A stretch of DNA of 64,000 bases. Source: a candidate division FCPU426 bacterium. GTDB lineage: Bacteria; Oederibacteriota; Muellerivitia; Muellerivitales; Muellerivitaceae. The position numbers and the translations under genes are program-made. Numbering within the stretch: position 1 is the stretch's first letter; every line of letters begins with the position of its first letter. The stretch is taken from NCBI GenBank assembly GCA_963830915.1, contig CAWHOE010000027.1:32001-96000 (forward strand), written 5' to 3'. This document shows, in pieces, positions 22,709 to 32,805 of the stretch. The notes under the pieces were generated by a model. The model saw only the letters and a program-made list of their open reading frames with translations. It was not told the origin of the DNA and did no database searches.

Positions 22709-23767
22709 AGGATACGTTAACTCTTTGGTGGGACGAGGATGAAGAAGGAATCCGGTATATCGACCAGACCAAACTTCCTGGCGAATTTTCGGTTGCTCTC
22801 TGTACCACCATCGACCGGCTCATTACAGCAATCCAGCGGCTGGAAATCCGAGGAGCCCCGGCACTTGGTGTTGCCGGGGGGTATGGTGTGGCCCTTGCTG
22901 CAGCTACCTCCACGGGAACATCGTTTAAAGAATTTTTGCATGACGTAAAGGGAAAGGCGGAGCGTATCCGGACGAGCAGGCCGACGGCAGTCAACCTTGG
23001 CTGGGGCGTCGAACGAGTGCTTGCCCGGGTGCTGGAAGAGACTGATATCGAAGAAGCCCGGACTGCAGCCCTTTCCGAGGCCCGGAAAATCGCCGATGAA
23101 GATACCCGGTGCTGCCATGCTATTGGCGACTGCGGGGCTGCCCTTCTTCCTGACAAATGCACAATCCTTACGCACTGCAACGCAGGAGCCCTTGCCTGTT
23201 CTTCATGGGGAACTGCATTAGGGGTGATCCGATCCGCTGTGGAGAGAGGAAAAGAGGTAAAGGTAATCGCCTGTGAGACACGTCCTCTCCTGCAGGGTGC
23301 ACGGCTTACTGCATGGGAACTGGCGCGGGACGGCATTGACGTAACCATTATAGGCGATTCCATGGCTGCCCATATGATGCAGACCACCCAAATTAACGCC
23401 GTTATGGTCGGCGCCGACCGTATCACTGGCGATGCGGTTTTTAACAAGATCGGGACATATATGCACGCGGTCTGCGCCCGCCACCATTGCATACCATTTT
23501 ATGTGGCTGCTCCGCTCTCCACGTTCGATGCTATACATAAGGAACGGGAAGTAACCATTGAAGAACGGGGACGCGATGAGCTCGCGTGTACTGGGAGACC
23601 GCACCCTGATCCCGGATGGTGTACCGGTAAGGAACTATGCGTTCGATGCAACGCCCATGGAACTGGTGAGTGCGATCATTACCGAACACGGTATTGTACG
23701 GCCCCCGTTTGCTATCAACGCACTTTTATCTCACGCGGGACCTAAAGATAACGGTTGCCTGAAATGA
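22705..23767 (+). CDS. mtnA: S-methyl-5-thioribose-1-phosphate isomerase (eIF-2B alpha family; frameshift near 23595)
   Basis: IRGAPALG, RPTAVNL, LTHCNAGALA, ETRPLLQGARLTAWEL, GADRI, NKIGTY, NYAFDATP. Confidence 0.9.
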
Positions 23768-24474
23768 CATTCCCGATTATCGATCTCGGCCAGTTTCACG
23801 ATCTGTTGTATCTCGTAGGCGAAGCGACAGTCCTCTTTATTATAGGAGCCATTCTCGTATCATTTGTTCTTGTAGTAATTTCCCTGTTCTCGATCAGGAA
23901 AGGGCACCTCTATTTCCCACGGCTCATTAAAGCGGGCAAAGTTTTTCTTGAAGGGTTCATGAAAGCATTCTTCCGGCTGCTCGGCCTTGAAGACCGGGAA
24001 ATGCTGACTTTTTTTATTAAGATCCACAATGCGATGAACGCGAACTCATTCTCCCTTGTGCCACTTACCGAACGCGCGATTTTTGTCCCCCAATGTCTGC
24101 GATCTGCACGATGCCCGGCGCACCTGACACCGGAGGGACTTAAATGTGTAAACTGCGGGCAATGTACTGTCGGTGAAGCCAGGATCTTACTTGAAAAACT
24201 GGGCTACCGCGTCTTTGTCATTCCCGGCTCATCGTTCATCAAAAGGATGGTCAAAAAATACCATCCAAAAGCGATAATCGGCGTCGGCTGCCTGACTGAA
24301 GTGAAAGAAGGGATAGATATGGCCGACAAAATCGGCCTTGTCTCAATGGGCGTCGTTACGGTAAAAGAGGGATGCGTCGAGACGCTTGTTAACTGGCAGG
24401 ATATCTACGATGTGGCGGTGCTGGGACTCGATCCGGCTTCAGTTCCCGAGGACCTTCATGCTCTTACCAGTTAA
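23764..24474 (+). CDS. DUF116 family protein with N-terminal membrane anchor
   Basis: PQCLRSARC, CVNCGQC, IPGSS, IIGVGC..E, GCVET. Confidence 0.85.
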   Translation: MTFPIIDLGQFHDLLYLVGEATVLFIIGAILVSFVLVVISLFSIRKGHLYFPRLIKAGKVFLEGFMKAFFRLLGLEDREMLTFFIKIHNAMNANSFSLVPLTERAIFVPQCLRSARCPAHLTPEGLKCVNCGQCTVGEARILLEKLGYRVFVIPGSSFIKRMVKKYHPKAIIGVGCLTEVKEGIDMADKIGLVSMGVVTVKEGCVETLVNWQDIYDVAVLGLDPASVPEDLHALTS

Positions 24475-24852
24475 CTTGCCGCTTTTTATCTTCCCATGGA
24501 TGACAATGGCGTCAGCACAGGTCACGTCGCCGACGTGGACATCGGGCCGGATAATAACTTTTCCTCCTGCGTTCACACTATAAACCACACAGTGATCAAG
24601 AAGAGTTACGTCTCCGGTAGCGTTAAGCGGGCCTTTTATTTTCGCATGAGACCCTATAACAGCACTTCCGCAGGAAATATCAAGCGCTACGCTTGATTTC
24701 ATGCCCAGTTCAAGTTTCCCGGTGACCACGAGCCGGCCCCAGAAATGGGTCCGGGCAGGCACGATAAAATCTCCGTCAATCCTGACATTGCCTTCGTAAT
24801 ACGCTCCTTTGGGTGCATAAAACGTGCTGCCTTTCTGGATGACGTCTGCCAT
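24439..24852 (-). CDS. Polymer-forming cytoskeletal (bactofilin-like) beta-helix protein
   Basis: Repeating V/I-x-G strands (GNVRIDGDF, GRLVVTGKL, KIKGPLNATGDV, VHVGDV). Confidence 0.65.
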   Translation of the reverse strand: MADVIQKGSTFYAPKGAYYEGNVRIDGDFIVPARTHFWGRLVVTGKLELGMKSSVALDISCGSAVIGSHAKIKGPLNATGDVTLLDHCVVYSVNAGGKVIIRPDVHVGDVTCADAIVIHGKIKSGKLTGKSMKVLGN

Positions 24853-25113
24853 GTTTTGATCAAGGTAGTTGAGGCACGACCAAGTGCATAAAGGTTGTTG
24901 TTAACCCGCCTCTGCACCAAAAGTCCAACTTACACCTGGATTCCTGACAGATCATTGCTTTGGGCACAAAACCGTCAACGCACAAATCTTGAAATATCAA
25001 AATGTTAGTTAATTGTTGGAATACATTCTCACGGGCCTCATCTCAACGCTCCAACGGATTAAAAATTATGGCTCCATCCATACGGCATTAAACAAACGGA
25101 GGCCGGAACAGAA

Positions 25114-25929
25114 GTGGCAGAAATGGCAAAAATAATAACACTTATGAAAATGGCACGAAAAGAGATCCTCCGTCGTCGTTCGCTTCCCTACATTGAAATG
25201 AATTTAACTGATCACTGTAATTTAAACTGCGAATGGTGCTCCCATTACAGCCCGATGGCACCTAAAAAGTTTGCTGATTTCGGCCAGTTCCAGAAGGACT
25301 TTACAAGGCTTTCTGAACTGTGCACATTTATTGGGGAGATTCGATTATTGGGCGGGGAACCATTATTAAACCCGGATATTAACAAGTTCCTGAAATTTGC
25401 ACGGGAATCTTTCCCCGATCCGATATATACCCGTATACGGGTCGTCACAAACGGGCTTCTTTTATCAAAAATGCCGCAATCGTTCTGGAACACTATGAAA
25501 TCCAGTGCCATTGCATTGGATGTAACCGTCTACCCGGGTATGCCATTTGAGATCCCTGATATCGAACGCCTTACTAGGTCACATGGCATCAAATCAAAGA
25601 TTTCCCAGACACACACATTTAATGAGATCCCTATCAAGGTTAGCAATAAAGATGAGAATTTCAAGATTTGCAGGGAGCATTTTTTTTGCCCGATCCTAAG
25701 GGAGGGTAGAATATACCTTTGTCCGCAGGCAGCGATATATCACCTTCGTTCAAAAGATTTGCAGGCGGAACAACTGGCATCATCCATTGATATTCATACG
25801 TCTACACACAGGGAAATCGTGGAATTTATGAATAAACCCGCTCCGTTCTGCTCCTATTGTAATTGGGAAAATTATCGCACGCACCCATGGAAAAGGACGC
25901 GAATGGCACCGATGCAGGAGAATGTTTGA
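25114..25929 (+). CDS. Radical SAM protein with C-terminal Cys cluster
   Basis: CNLNCEWC (CxxxCxxC), GGEPLL, VTNG; auxiliary C...CP...GRIYLCP...FCSYC. Confidence 0.85.
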   Translation: MAEMAKIITLMKMARKEILRRRSLPYIEMNLTDHCNLNCEWCSHYSPMAPKKFADFGQFQKDFTRLSELCTFIGEIRLLGGEPLLNPDINKFLKFARESFPDPIYTRIRVVTNGLLLSKMPQSFWNTMKSSAIALDVTVYPGMPFEIPDIERLTRSHGIKSKISQTHTFNEIPIKVSNKDENFKICREHFFCPILREGRIYLCPQAAIYHLRSKDLQAEQLASSIDIHTSTHREIVEFMNKPAPFCSYCNWENYRTHPWKRTRMAPMQENV

Positions 25930-26012
25930 TCGTGTACATAATGTCCGGTACCGACCCATAAGTCTGGTTTTATGGTTTAGATGCAAAGCCTTTCAACCGG
26001 ATGACCCCTCAG

Positions 26013-26852
26013 TTACAGCAATATTGCGGAGACCGTAAAGACCACAAGGGAGGCAAACATGCCCAGCTTAAGAAGAGTCGTTGCACCGGACGCCGTCAGG
26101 CTTTTCGGGTCGGTGCAGCGAAGGGCCTTTCCTGCTGCTGCAATAATGATGATATCAACAATCACGATACCAAAAAGATACCAGTTTCCCCACCACCAGT
26201 AAGGAAACAGACTTGCCACAATCGCCGCTACAGTACAGGCAAATGCGAGTATGGCGGTTTTTTGTACACCGATCCTGATGGGAAGGGTATCTGCTCCCCC
26301 TGCTTTGTCCCCTTCAATATCCTCGGCATCTTTTAAGAGTTCACGGGCAAGCATCGCAAGGAATGTTATAGCGGCAATAGGAAGCATAACAATGAGCCGT
26401 TCCCACCCGGCAAACGCCCCGCCAAAAAGAAAAATGCTTGCTGCAAGATAGGAGACCGCAACGTTCCCGAAGAAAGGTGTGCTTTTCAGCCGGTATGCGT
26501 ACGCGACAAGCAAAAGGGCATTGAAAAGGGCAATTCCAAAACAGAGTGGCGTTGTGAACCAGCTCACAAGCAGGCCAAGGAAAAAAAGGATCCCGGCATA
26601 TACCAGTGCTGGTTTTTTCCCGATCGCCCCTGACGGGATAGGACGTTTCGGGCGGTTAACAGCGTCGATCTCAGCATCAAAATAATCGTTGATGACATTT
26701 CCTGCGGCAGTAACAAGAATAACCACAGCCATAAGCAGGGTGACTCCATACACCAGGGTCCCGGTGGCAATAAGGTAGGCGACCGCCGCCGCAATCCCGG
26801 CAACAACCGCATTTGCCGGCCGGGTTATAGTAAAAAATCCTGCTATGCCCAT
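26013..26852 (-). CDS. Digeranylgeranylglyceryl phosphate synthase (UbiA prenyltransferase)
   Basis: NDYFDAEIDAVNRPKRPIPSG and ARELLKDAEDIEGD...TLP aspartate-rich motifs; polytopic membrane protein. Confidence 0.9.
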   Translation of the reverse strand: MGIAGFFTITRPANAVVAGIAAAVAYLIATGTLVYGVTLLMAVVILVTAAGNVINDYFDAEIDAVNRPKRPIPSGAIGKKPALVYAGILFFLGLLVSWFTTPLCFGIALFNALLLVAYAYRLKSTPFFGNVAVSYLAASIFLFGGAFAGWERLIVMLPIAAITFLAMLARELLKDAEDIEGDKAGGADTLPIRIGVQKTAILAFACTVAAIVASLFPYWWWGNWYLFGIVIVDIIIIAAAGKALRCTDPKSLTASGATTLLKLGMFASLVVFTVSAILL

Positions 26853-26951
26853 ATGCAGGATCCGGTATCGGGTTGTTCCGATATTAACCTGCGTGGCCTT
26901 GTTGTCGGGGAGTGATAAAAAAAGTTACGTAAATACTGATGGATCCAGGGT

Positions 26952-27455
26952 TCACGAGGTCTGGAAACTCATGGGGGTCTCATTTGCGAGAGGTTCGGTT
27001 ACAAAAGAGACGTTGAGCGTTGCTCCTTCTTTTGCCATTGCTGCATAGTCCGCATCTGAATCGATGATGACATAATCCCGGCCGGTTCCCTCGCTCCCCG
27101 GTCCAAGTATATCCGTTTCCTGGCCTGAACCTCCATGGGAGACACCGACACCACCATAAGAAACGCCGTTTGGACCGGTAATCCTGCTGAACCAATGTAG
27201 CTTGACCGTAGCGTTCCCGGTATTTAGCGTCGTGAGATAGATGTCAATTTGATGGTAGCCGGGTTGCGGGCGGCTTGCCGTGACCTGATAGATCGAGGCG
27301 TTAAAGGCATCGGTTCCGTTTACGAGCGTAGCGACCGTTTCCTGACCGGGCGCAGAGGGAGCGGCCGTAGTTCCGGAACTTGTGGTTGTACAGCCGGCGA
27401 CGAGGATCACACCTACACTAATTACTGCAAACAGACAAAGAATGTCCTTTCTCAA
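26952..27455 (-). CDS. Hypothetical archaeal lipoprotein
   Basis: Signal peptide with VAGC lipobox, S/T-rich linker, beta-rich domain. Confidence 0.65.
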   Translation of the reverse strand: MRKDILCLFAVISVGVILVAGCTTTSSGTTAAPSAPGQETVATLVNGTDAFNASIYQVTASRPQPGYHQIDIYLTTLNTGNATVKLHWFSRITGPNGVSYGGVGVSHGGSGQETDILGPGSEGTGRDYVIIDSDADYAAMAKEGATLNVSFVTEPLANETPMSFQTS

Positions 27456-27562
27456 TTGTCCACCTCTTGTTGTGTTACCGGATATTTTGTTTTTCCCTTA
27501 AAAAAATTCATGTTTCTAAACGAAAGCACGTGATTTTCCCAAAAAAAAGAAAAGATACCGTA

Positions 27563-27638
27563 CGGGCGAGGGGGGATTTGAACCCCCGACCATTAGCTTA
27601 GGAGGCTAACGCTCTATCCGGAACTAAGCCACTCGCCC
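27563..27638 (-). tRNA. tRNA-Arg(CCT), no encoded CCA
   Basis: Reverse complement GGGCGAG...TTAGC-CTCCTAA-GCTAA...GGGGGTTCAAATCCCCC-CTCGCCC-G cloverleaf. Confidence 0.95.
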
Positions 27639-27701
27639 ACTGCTCATACCAATTGCAGGGGAATATGTATAAGTTTTGCGCGCTCCCACACTCTAGCCGC
27701 T

Positions 27702-28815
27702 ATGGATACTATCGAGGCAACTGAAGGAAAAACGACGTTTTTTGTCCCGGTCCAGGACTGTCGTGAACAGTTCCCTCCCGGTACCGCCCCGGTCTTTTTC
27801 AATCGCCGTATGGAACTGAACCGGGATGCCACCGTACTACTTCTGTCAGTACTCAGACCCTCTGATTATATCGATGCCATGGGAGCTACCGGGTCCGGGG
27901 ACTCCGGGTGGCAAACGAGGTCGGGATCCCGGTCACCATTAATGACCGGGACCCGGCAGCACTACCCCTGATCCAGGAGAACGTGGTCCGGTCCGGACTG
28001 CCGGTGACGGTCACCTGCCGGGACGCCTCTTCGCTGCTTTTTGACCAGTCCTTTGATGCAGTCGACATCGACCCGTTCGGGACACCGGCGCCATTTATCG
28101 ATGCCGGGATCCGGGGGTGCCGGCGATTTCTCCTGGTGACCGCAACCGACACAGCTCCTCTCTGCGGTGCACATTTCAAGGCAGGAGTCCGGCGCTATTT
28201 TGCCCGCCCGGCAAACACCGGGTACCACGCGGAAGTAGGACTCCGGATTCTGCTTGGGTTTGTTGTCAGGGAAACCGTAAAATACGACCGGGGTATCGAA
28301 CCGCTCTTCTGTTTTGCCCGGGAACATTTTGTGCGCCTGAACCTGAGGATAACCCGGGGTGCGAAACATGCGGACCAGACAATTGACCGGATCGGTTTTA
28401 TCCTGCAGTGCCCGTCCTGCGCATTCCGGAAAGAACAGGCCGGTTTGTTTCCGGATTCAGATACCTGCCCCTATTGCGGTAAACCTCTGCGACCCATAGG
28501 ACCAGGCTATACCTGGGAAAACTGTGTGACGATGAAATTATCGCACAGATGGAGAGACCAGCTTCCGGCCTGACACTTGGTTCATACAAAGATCTTTCAA
28601 AACTGCTGTGTGTCTGCCGTGAAGAGCTCCCCCTTTCCAGCCACTACGATTACCATAAGCTCGCCCGGTCGCTTGTGGTTTCCCCGCCACCTATCGACGC
28701 GGTTCTTTCACGACTGAAGGCCGCTGGTTACGCTGCAAGCCGGACCCACTTCTCCGGGACCGGCATAAAAACCGATGCTCCCCTGCCCGTGATTTTCGCT
28801 GCTATCGGGAACTGA
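27702..28815 (+). CDS. trm1: tRNA (guanine-26-N2)-dimethyltransferase (two frameshifts)
   Basis: PVFFNRRMELNRD, VDIDPFGTPAPF, TATDTAPLCG, EVGLRILLG, SRTHFSGTGIKTDAP. Confidence 0.92.
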
Positions 28816-28832
28816 TCGTTCCTGCCTGGGCA

Positions 28833-29945
28833 CTAGTGTTCGATGATAATGGTGAGGATGTCGCTATCGATGAGTTTGTGGGAAAGACCTACCCGCTGGC
28901 CGCCATGTTTTACCGATTTTCCCCAGACCCGGGCATACCGGAACCGGCGCACGAAGTCCCGGTGGAGCTTGGTGCAGACCGTCTCGACTGTACCTTCCGG
29001 TCCTGATGATCAGCGGTTCCTCAAGATCTGCATCACCACTCTGGGGCTTAAGATAGATACGCATGAACCCAAGACAATCGTAGATCGCGTCCTTGAGTTC
29101 TTCCATGTGGTACCCGACATGGGCTGAGATCATGATGGGCGCAGCGCCAAACCGGTCTTTGATATCGTGCTCGATCCGGAGATAGGTCTCTTTATCGATG
29201 AGGTCGACCTTGTTAACCGCGATAAACGCAGGAACGTAGACCCGGTTTCCCTGTACGGCATCGATAAGGTCTTCCTGCGTGGCATTACCCCGGATCAGGA
29301 TCTCTGCGTTCATCATCTTGCTTTCCGCAAGGATGGACCGAACTTCTTCGATATCGAGATCAAGTGTCCCGACCGCTGACAACCGGATACCCCCGACGGA
29401 TGACTTCTTGATAGTAATATCCGGTTTTGGGACGTTGATGCGGATGCCGGCGTCGTAGAGTTCTTTGAGCAGGACGTTGACATGTGCCTCGTTGAATACA
29501 TCTACAAGGATGATGATGATATCGGCACCGCGGACGACCCCGATAACTTCCTTGCCCCTTCCTTTACCCATGGCGGCGCCGGCGATAAGACCCGGGATAT
29601 CCAACAACTGGATCTTTGCACCTTTGTGTTCGAGTGCCCCGGGAACGACGGTAAGGGTCGTGAAAGCATACGCGGCAACGGCACTTGCAGTTCCGGTGAG
29701 CTTGTTGAGGAGTGTACTTTTACCGGTAGAAGGAAATCCCACGAGGACTGCGGTGGCATCTCCCGATTTCTTGACCGAGTAACCTTCACCGCCTCCGCCG
29801 GATTTCATCGCACGGTTGACAGCTTCGTCCCGGAGTTTGGCAATTTTAGCTTTAATCCGGCCGATGTGCTTCGAAGTAGCCTTGTTGTAGGGGGTTTTTG
29901 TCACTCCGCTTCCAGCTCGGCTATCTGTTCTTCCAGGCCACTCAT
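28833..29945 (-). CDS. DRG/OBG-family GTP-binding protein with TGS domain (frameshifts)
   Basis: [41 protein letters not shown]. Confidence 0.92.
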
Positions 29946-30120
29946 TTCCTATATCAATCGACGCAGGTTCGGGATATACTTGTTTATGGTTTGTCTGCAA
30001 ACTTCCGATTGATGCGGAGTTTCGGTGGTGGTTTTGCAAAAGATCTCTGTCTTTGTGTCCGGACAGGACAGGCGGCTGATAAACTTTAAGTAACTCCATC
30101 GCCCATGTTAGTGGGCAGTT

Positions 30121-30195
30121 GCTGCTATAGTGTAGACCGGCCAATCATGCGAGCCTCTCACGCTCGCGACAGGGGTTCGAATCCCCTTAGCAGCA
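30121..30195 (+). tRNA. tRNA-Glu(CTC), no encoded CCA
   Basis: GCTGCTA...CGAGC-CTCTCAC-GCTCG...AGGGGTTCGAATCCCCT-TAGCAGC-A cloverleaf. Confidence 0.95.
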
Positions 30196-30312
30196 CTTTC
30201 TCGCCGATAATTCTGTTTTTTTTCACAAGGTACGTGTTCACTATCATCCCGTTGATTTTTGCCAGCGTTTCAATTTTCATTTGAGGATACATGACCCGGA
30301 AAAAAGCTGAAG

Positions 30313-30750
30313 ATGAAAAGAAAAAGAGAGGCAGGCCGACCCTCTATAATCCTGCATTTCACCCGAGCAAAAGCAGCCGAACTTGCGTTGATGGGATTGA
30401 CCGATGTGCAGATGGCACTGGTCTTTGACATAGATGAGAGAACCCTGAACCGCTGGAAAATCCGGTACCCCGATTTTTGTCTGTCCATAAAAAAGAGTAA
30501 AGATCTGGTGGATGAAAAGGTCAAAGAATTGCTCTTTATCCGTGCAACAGGGATGGAAATTAAGCACAAAAAGATCATCGAATATTCTGACGGAACGACG
30601 AGAAAGGAAATGGTCGTTAAACACGTACCTCCTAGTGTGCCTGCCATTATATTCTGGTTATCGACCCGGCGGCCTGAGGAATGGAAACGAGGTGGCAGGA
30701 ACAGTGAAGCACAGGGAGATGTGAAGATAGTCTTTGATAGACCGAGCTGA
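30313..30750 (+). CDS. Phage terminase small subunit-like HTH protein (orphan)
   Basis: GRPS, LALMGLTDVQMALVFDIDERTLNRWK HTH, and KHVPPSVPAIIFWLSTRRPEEW C-terminal pattern typical of this viral family. Confidence 0.65.
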   Translation: MKRKREAGRPSIILHFTRAKAAELALMGLTDVQMALVFDIDERTLNRWKIRYPDFCLSIKKSKDLVDEKVKELLFIRATGMEIKHKKIIEYSDGTTRKEMVVKHVPPSVPAIIFWLSTRRPEEWKRGGRNSEAQGDVKIVFDRPS

Positions 30751-30921
30751 TCCCGGATCCGGATGCGTTCAGAAATTAGGTAGCGAGCTCGACCTGGCAG
30801 ATTGTGAGAAATTCATCAACGACATAAAAAGGGGAACCGACAGCGGATCTGTCAGGATAGTCACCCGGAGATACAACAGAATGACCTAATATTTATTTAT
30901 CATTTAATACTATAGAGAATA

Positions 30922-31485
30922 ATGAAAAAATCTGATATATTTTTCGTTTGCATCCTGTTGCTCCTTGCCGTCGTATTTGTTGCCGGGTGCACATCAACGA
31001 GCGCGGCTGCCCCCGTTATAACCACACCGGGATCAGCCGGGACTGCAATCCCGCAGACGGCATCTGCCACTTCCGCAGAAATAACACCTGTTCCGACAAC
31101 AGTCCAGACAGCACCGGCCACTCCTGTATCTGATGAGGGTATTGATGTCACCATAAACTCGGCAAAAACTGCAGGCACATGGGTAGGATACCTCCCACCG
31201 CAAGGCGATACCTGGCTTGTGCTGGATGTCACTTTGAAAAATAATGGTAATACGGATTTCGCATATGCCAAAGATTCGTTTTCCCTTGTACGATATGGCG
31301 GGGGTTCATGGCATTCGGCTTCGTATTTGTCAACGGAGTTTAATGATGTGAGTATCCCTGCAAACGCGGCCGTATCCGGTAAAATCGTCTTTATGGTTCT
31401 CCAGGGTGCAGATATGTTCAGGTTTACCGTGAAAGATTCTTCGGGGACAGTAATTTCTGAAACTGACAACATTCGCCCGACATAA
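30922..31485 (+). CDS. DUF4352-like Ig-fold lipoprotein
   Basis: VAGC lipobox, T/P linker, WLVLDVTLKNNG, IPANAAVSGKIVF. Confidence 0.7.
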   Translation: MKKSDIFFVCILLLLAVVFVAGCTSTSAAAPVITTPGSAGTAIPQTASATSAEITPVPTTVQTAPATPVSDEGIDVTINSAKTAGTWVGYLPPQGDTWLVLDVTLKNNGNTDFAYAKDSFSLVRYGGGSWHSASYLSTEFNDVSIPANAAVSGKIVFMVLQGADMFRFTVKDSSGTVISETDNIRPT

Positions 31486-31891
31486 CCAGGAGGTTTCTTT
31501 TTTTTCTCCGGAAGCATTTCGGGCTCGGCGTCCAGGTGATATATTCTCTATCAGCAGTCAAAAACCGTTCAGAACCATGAAACAGAATTTACCTGAGAAA
31601 CCTCAATAATCGATTCAAAAAAGGAGGGGAAAATAGGATAAAATACCCATTGTTTCACTATTTACTACACTCCTTATATGATTGTATGTTGTTCTGGGAT
31701 GGACTTCCATTACCATATAATTAAAAAAAATCTATACTTTTCGTAATAAATATATATTATCTTATCCTCCTTAACAATGTAAAGGATAACATCTGTGGGG
31801 GATGCTAAACTTTACAAAATATTTATCAGAGAGATAAAATTGCAATAATTGCTTAAATCTCTTAATAAAACAGCAAATTCAGGAGAAACGC

Positions 31892-32800
31892 ATGGCTAAA
31901 ATAAGCAATGAATTAGCAGTCTCGCCGATTATTGCAACGCTCGTACTGATCGTCGTTGCAGTTATCGGTGCGGTCGCAGTCGGCACCATTATGGGTACCT
32001 TCTCGACCCAGGTATCGAAACAGGCGTCAGCCTCACAGGCAGCGTCTGCATCACAGGACGAGATTATTGTTGCTGGAACATGGTTACCTGTTCCTGCGGA
32101 GACAGAATATTGCAGCGGACTTTGAGAGGTTAAATCCCGGAACGATGGTAAACGTCCAGAGTGGCGGTCGAGGGGGGGTTCAATCAGTGGTAATGGGTCT
32201 TTCTGATGTTGGTGCGGTATCATCTCCAACGACAATTACAAACATGCCAGACCACCAACCCGACCGATCCGATTTACCAAAATCTCTATTATACCCAGGT
32301 TGGTGGACGGGGCGATGTGTTCATCCAGGACCAGAGCGGTGTAGCAGTACCCAATAATATGGTTGCACGCTCTGACATCCAAACCTTATACTCGAATGTT
32401 GCCCCCGATGGAACAGAAAAGGGGATTGCAAACAATTTCTCGGTTACGACTAATATAACTGTTGAACAGTACCCGCCCCAACGCTGGAATAATCAGGTAG
32501 TGTTTATCTGGGCTAACCTGCCTTATGCCAGGTCAAAATAAAGACGCACCTAATGCAGTAGCCAACAATCACGGCCCGCTATGCTCGCGTCAGTTCAGGC
32601 AGGTTCAGCAGCACACCCGGCTTTCGGCTATATTGATGCAGGATACGCATTTACCGGTGGCGTTACGAGCAACACTACGGTAAATGGTATAAAAATCGTC
32701 GGGATCGCTACAAATACTGGAACATATGTGCCGACTCAAACAAACATCAGAAACGCACTCCATGACTGGGAATATGGATATGCACAGGATACAACGTCTG
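31892..32800 (+). CDS. Class III (pilin/archaellin-type) signal peptide fused to a PstS-like substrate-binding domain; frameshifted and truncated at the junction
   Basis: NELA|VSPIIATLVLIVVAV N-terminus; then IIVAG, DFERLNPGTMVNVQSGG.GGVQSVVMGLSDVGAVSS, later AFGYIDAGY in successive frames. Confidence 0.7.
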
Positions 32801-32805
32801 TACGG
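32795..32805. other. Archaeal/bacterial sequence junction
   Basis: Abrupt switch in gene content and base composition; both flanking genes are cut; no terminal repeats or mobile genes at the site. Confidence 0.85.

Noticed and set aside
26925..26954. In-frame TGA followed by TLDPSVFT-TAA (possible readthrough or selenocysteine)
   Set aside because: No Cys-like context or SECIS evident; more plausibly a real stop or a TGG miscall.
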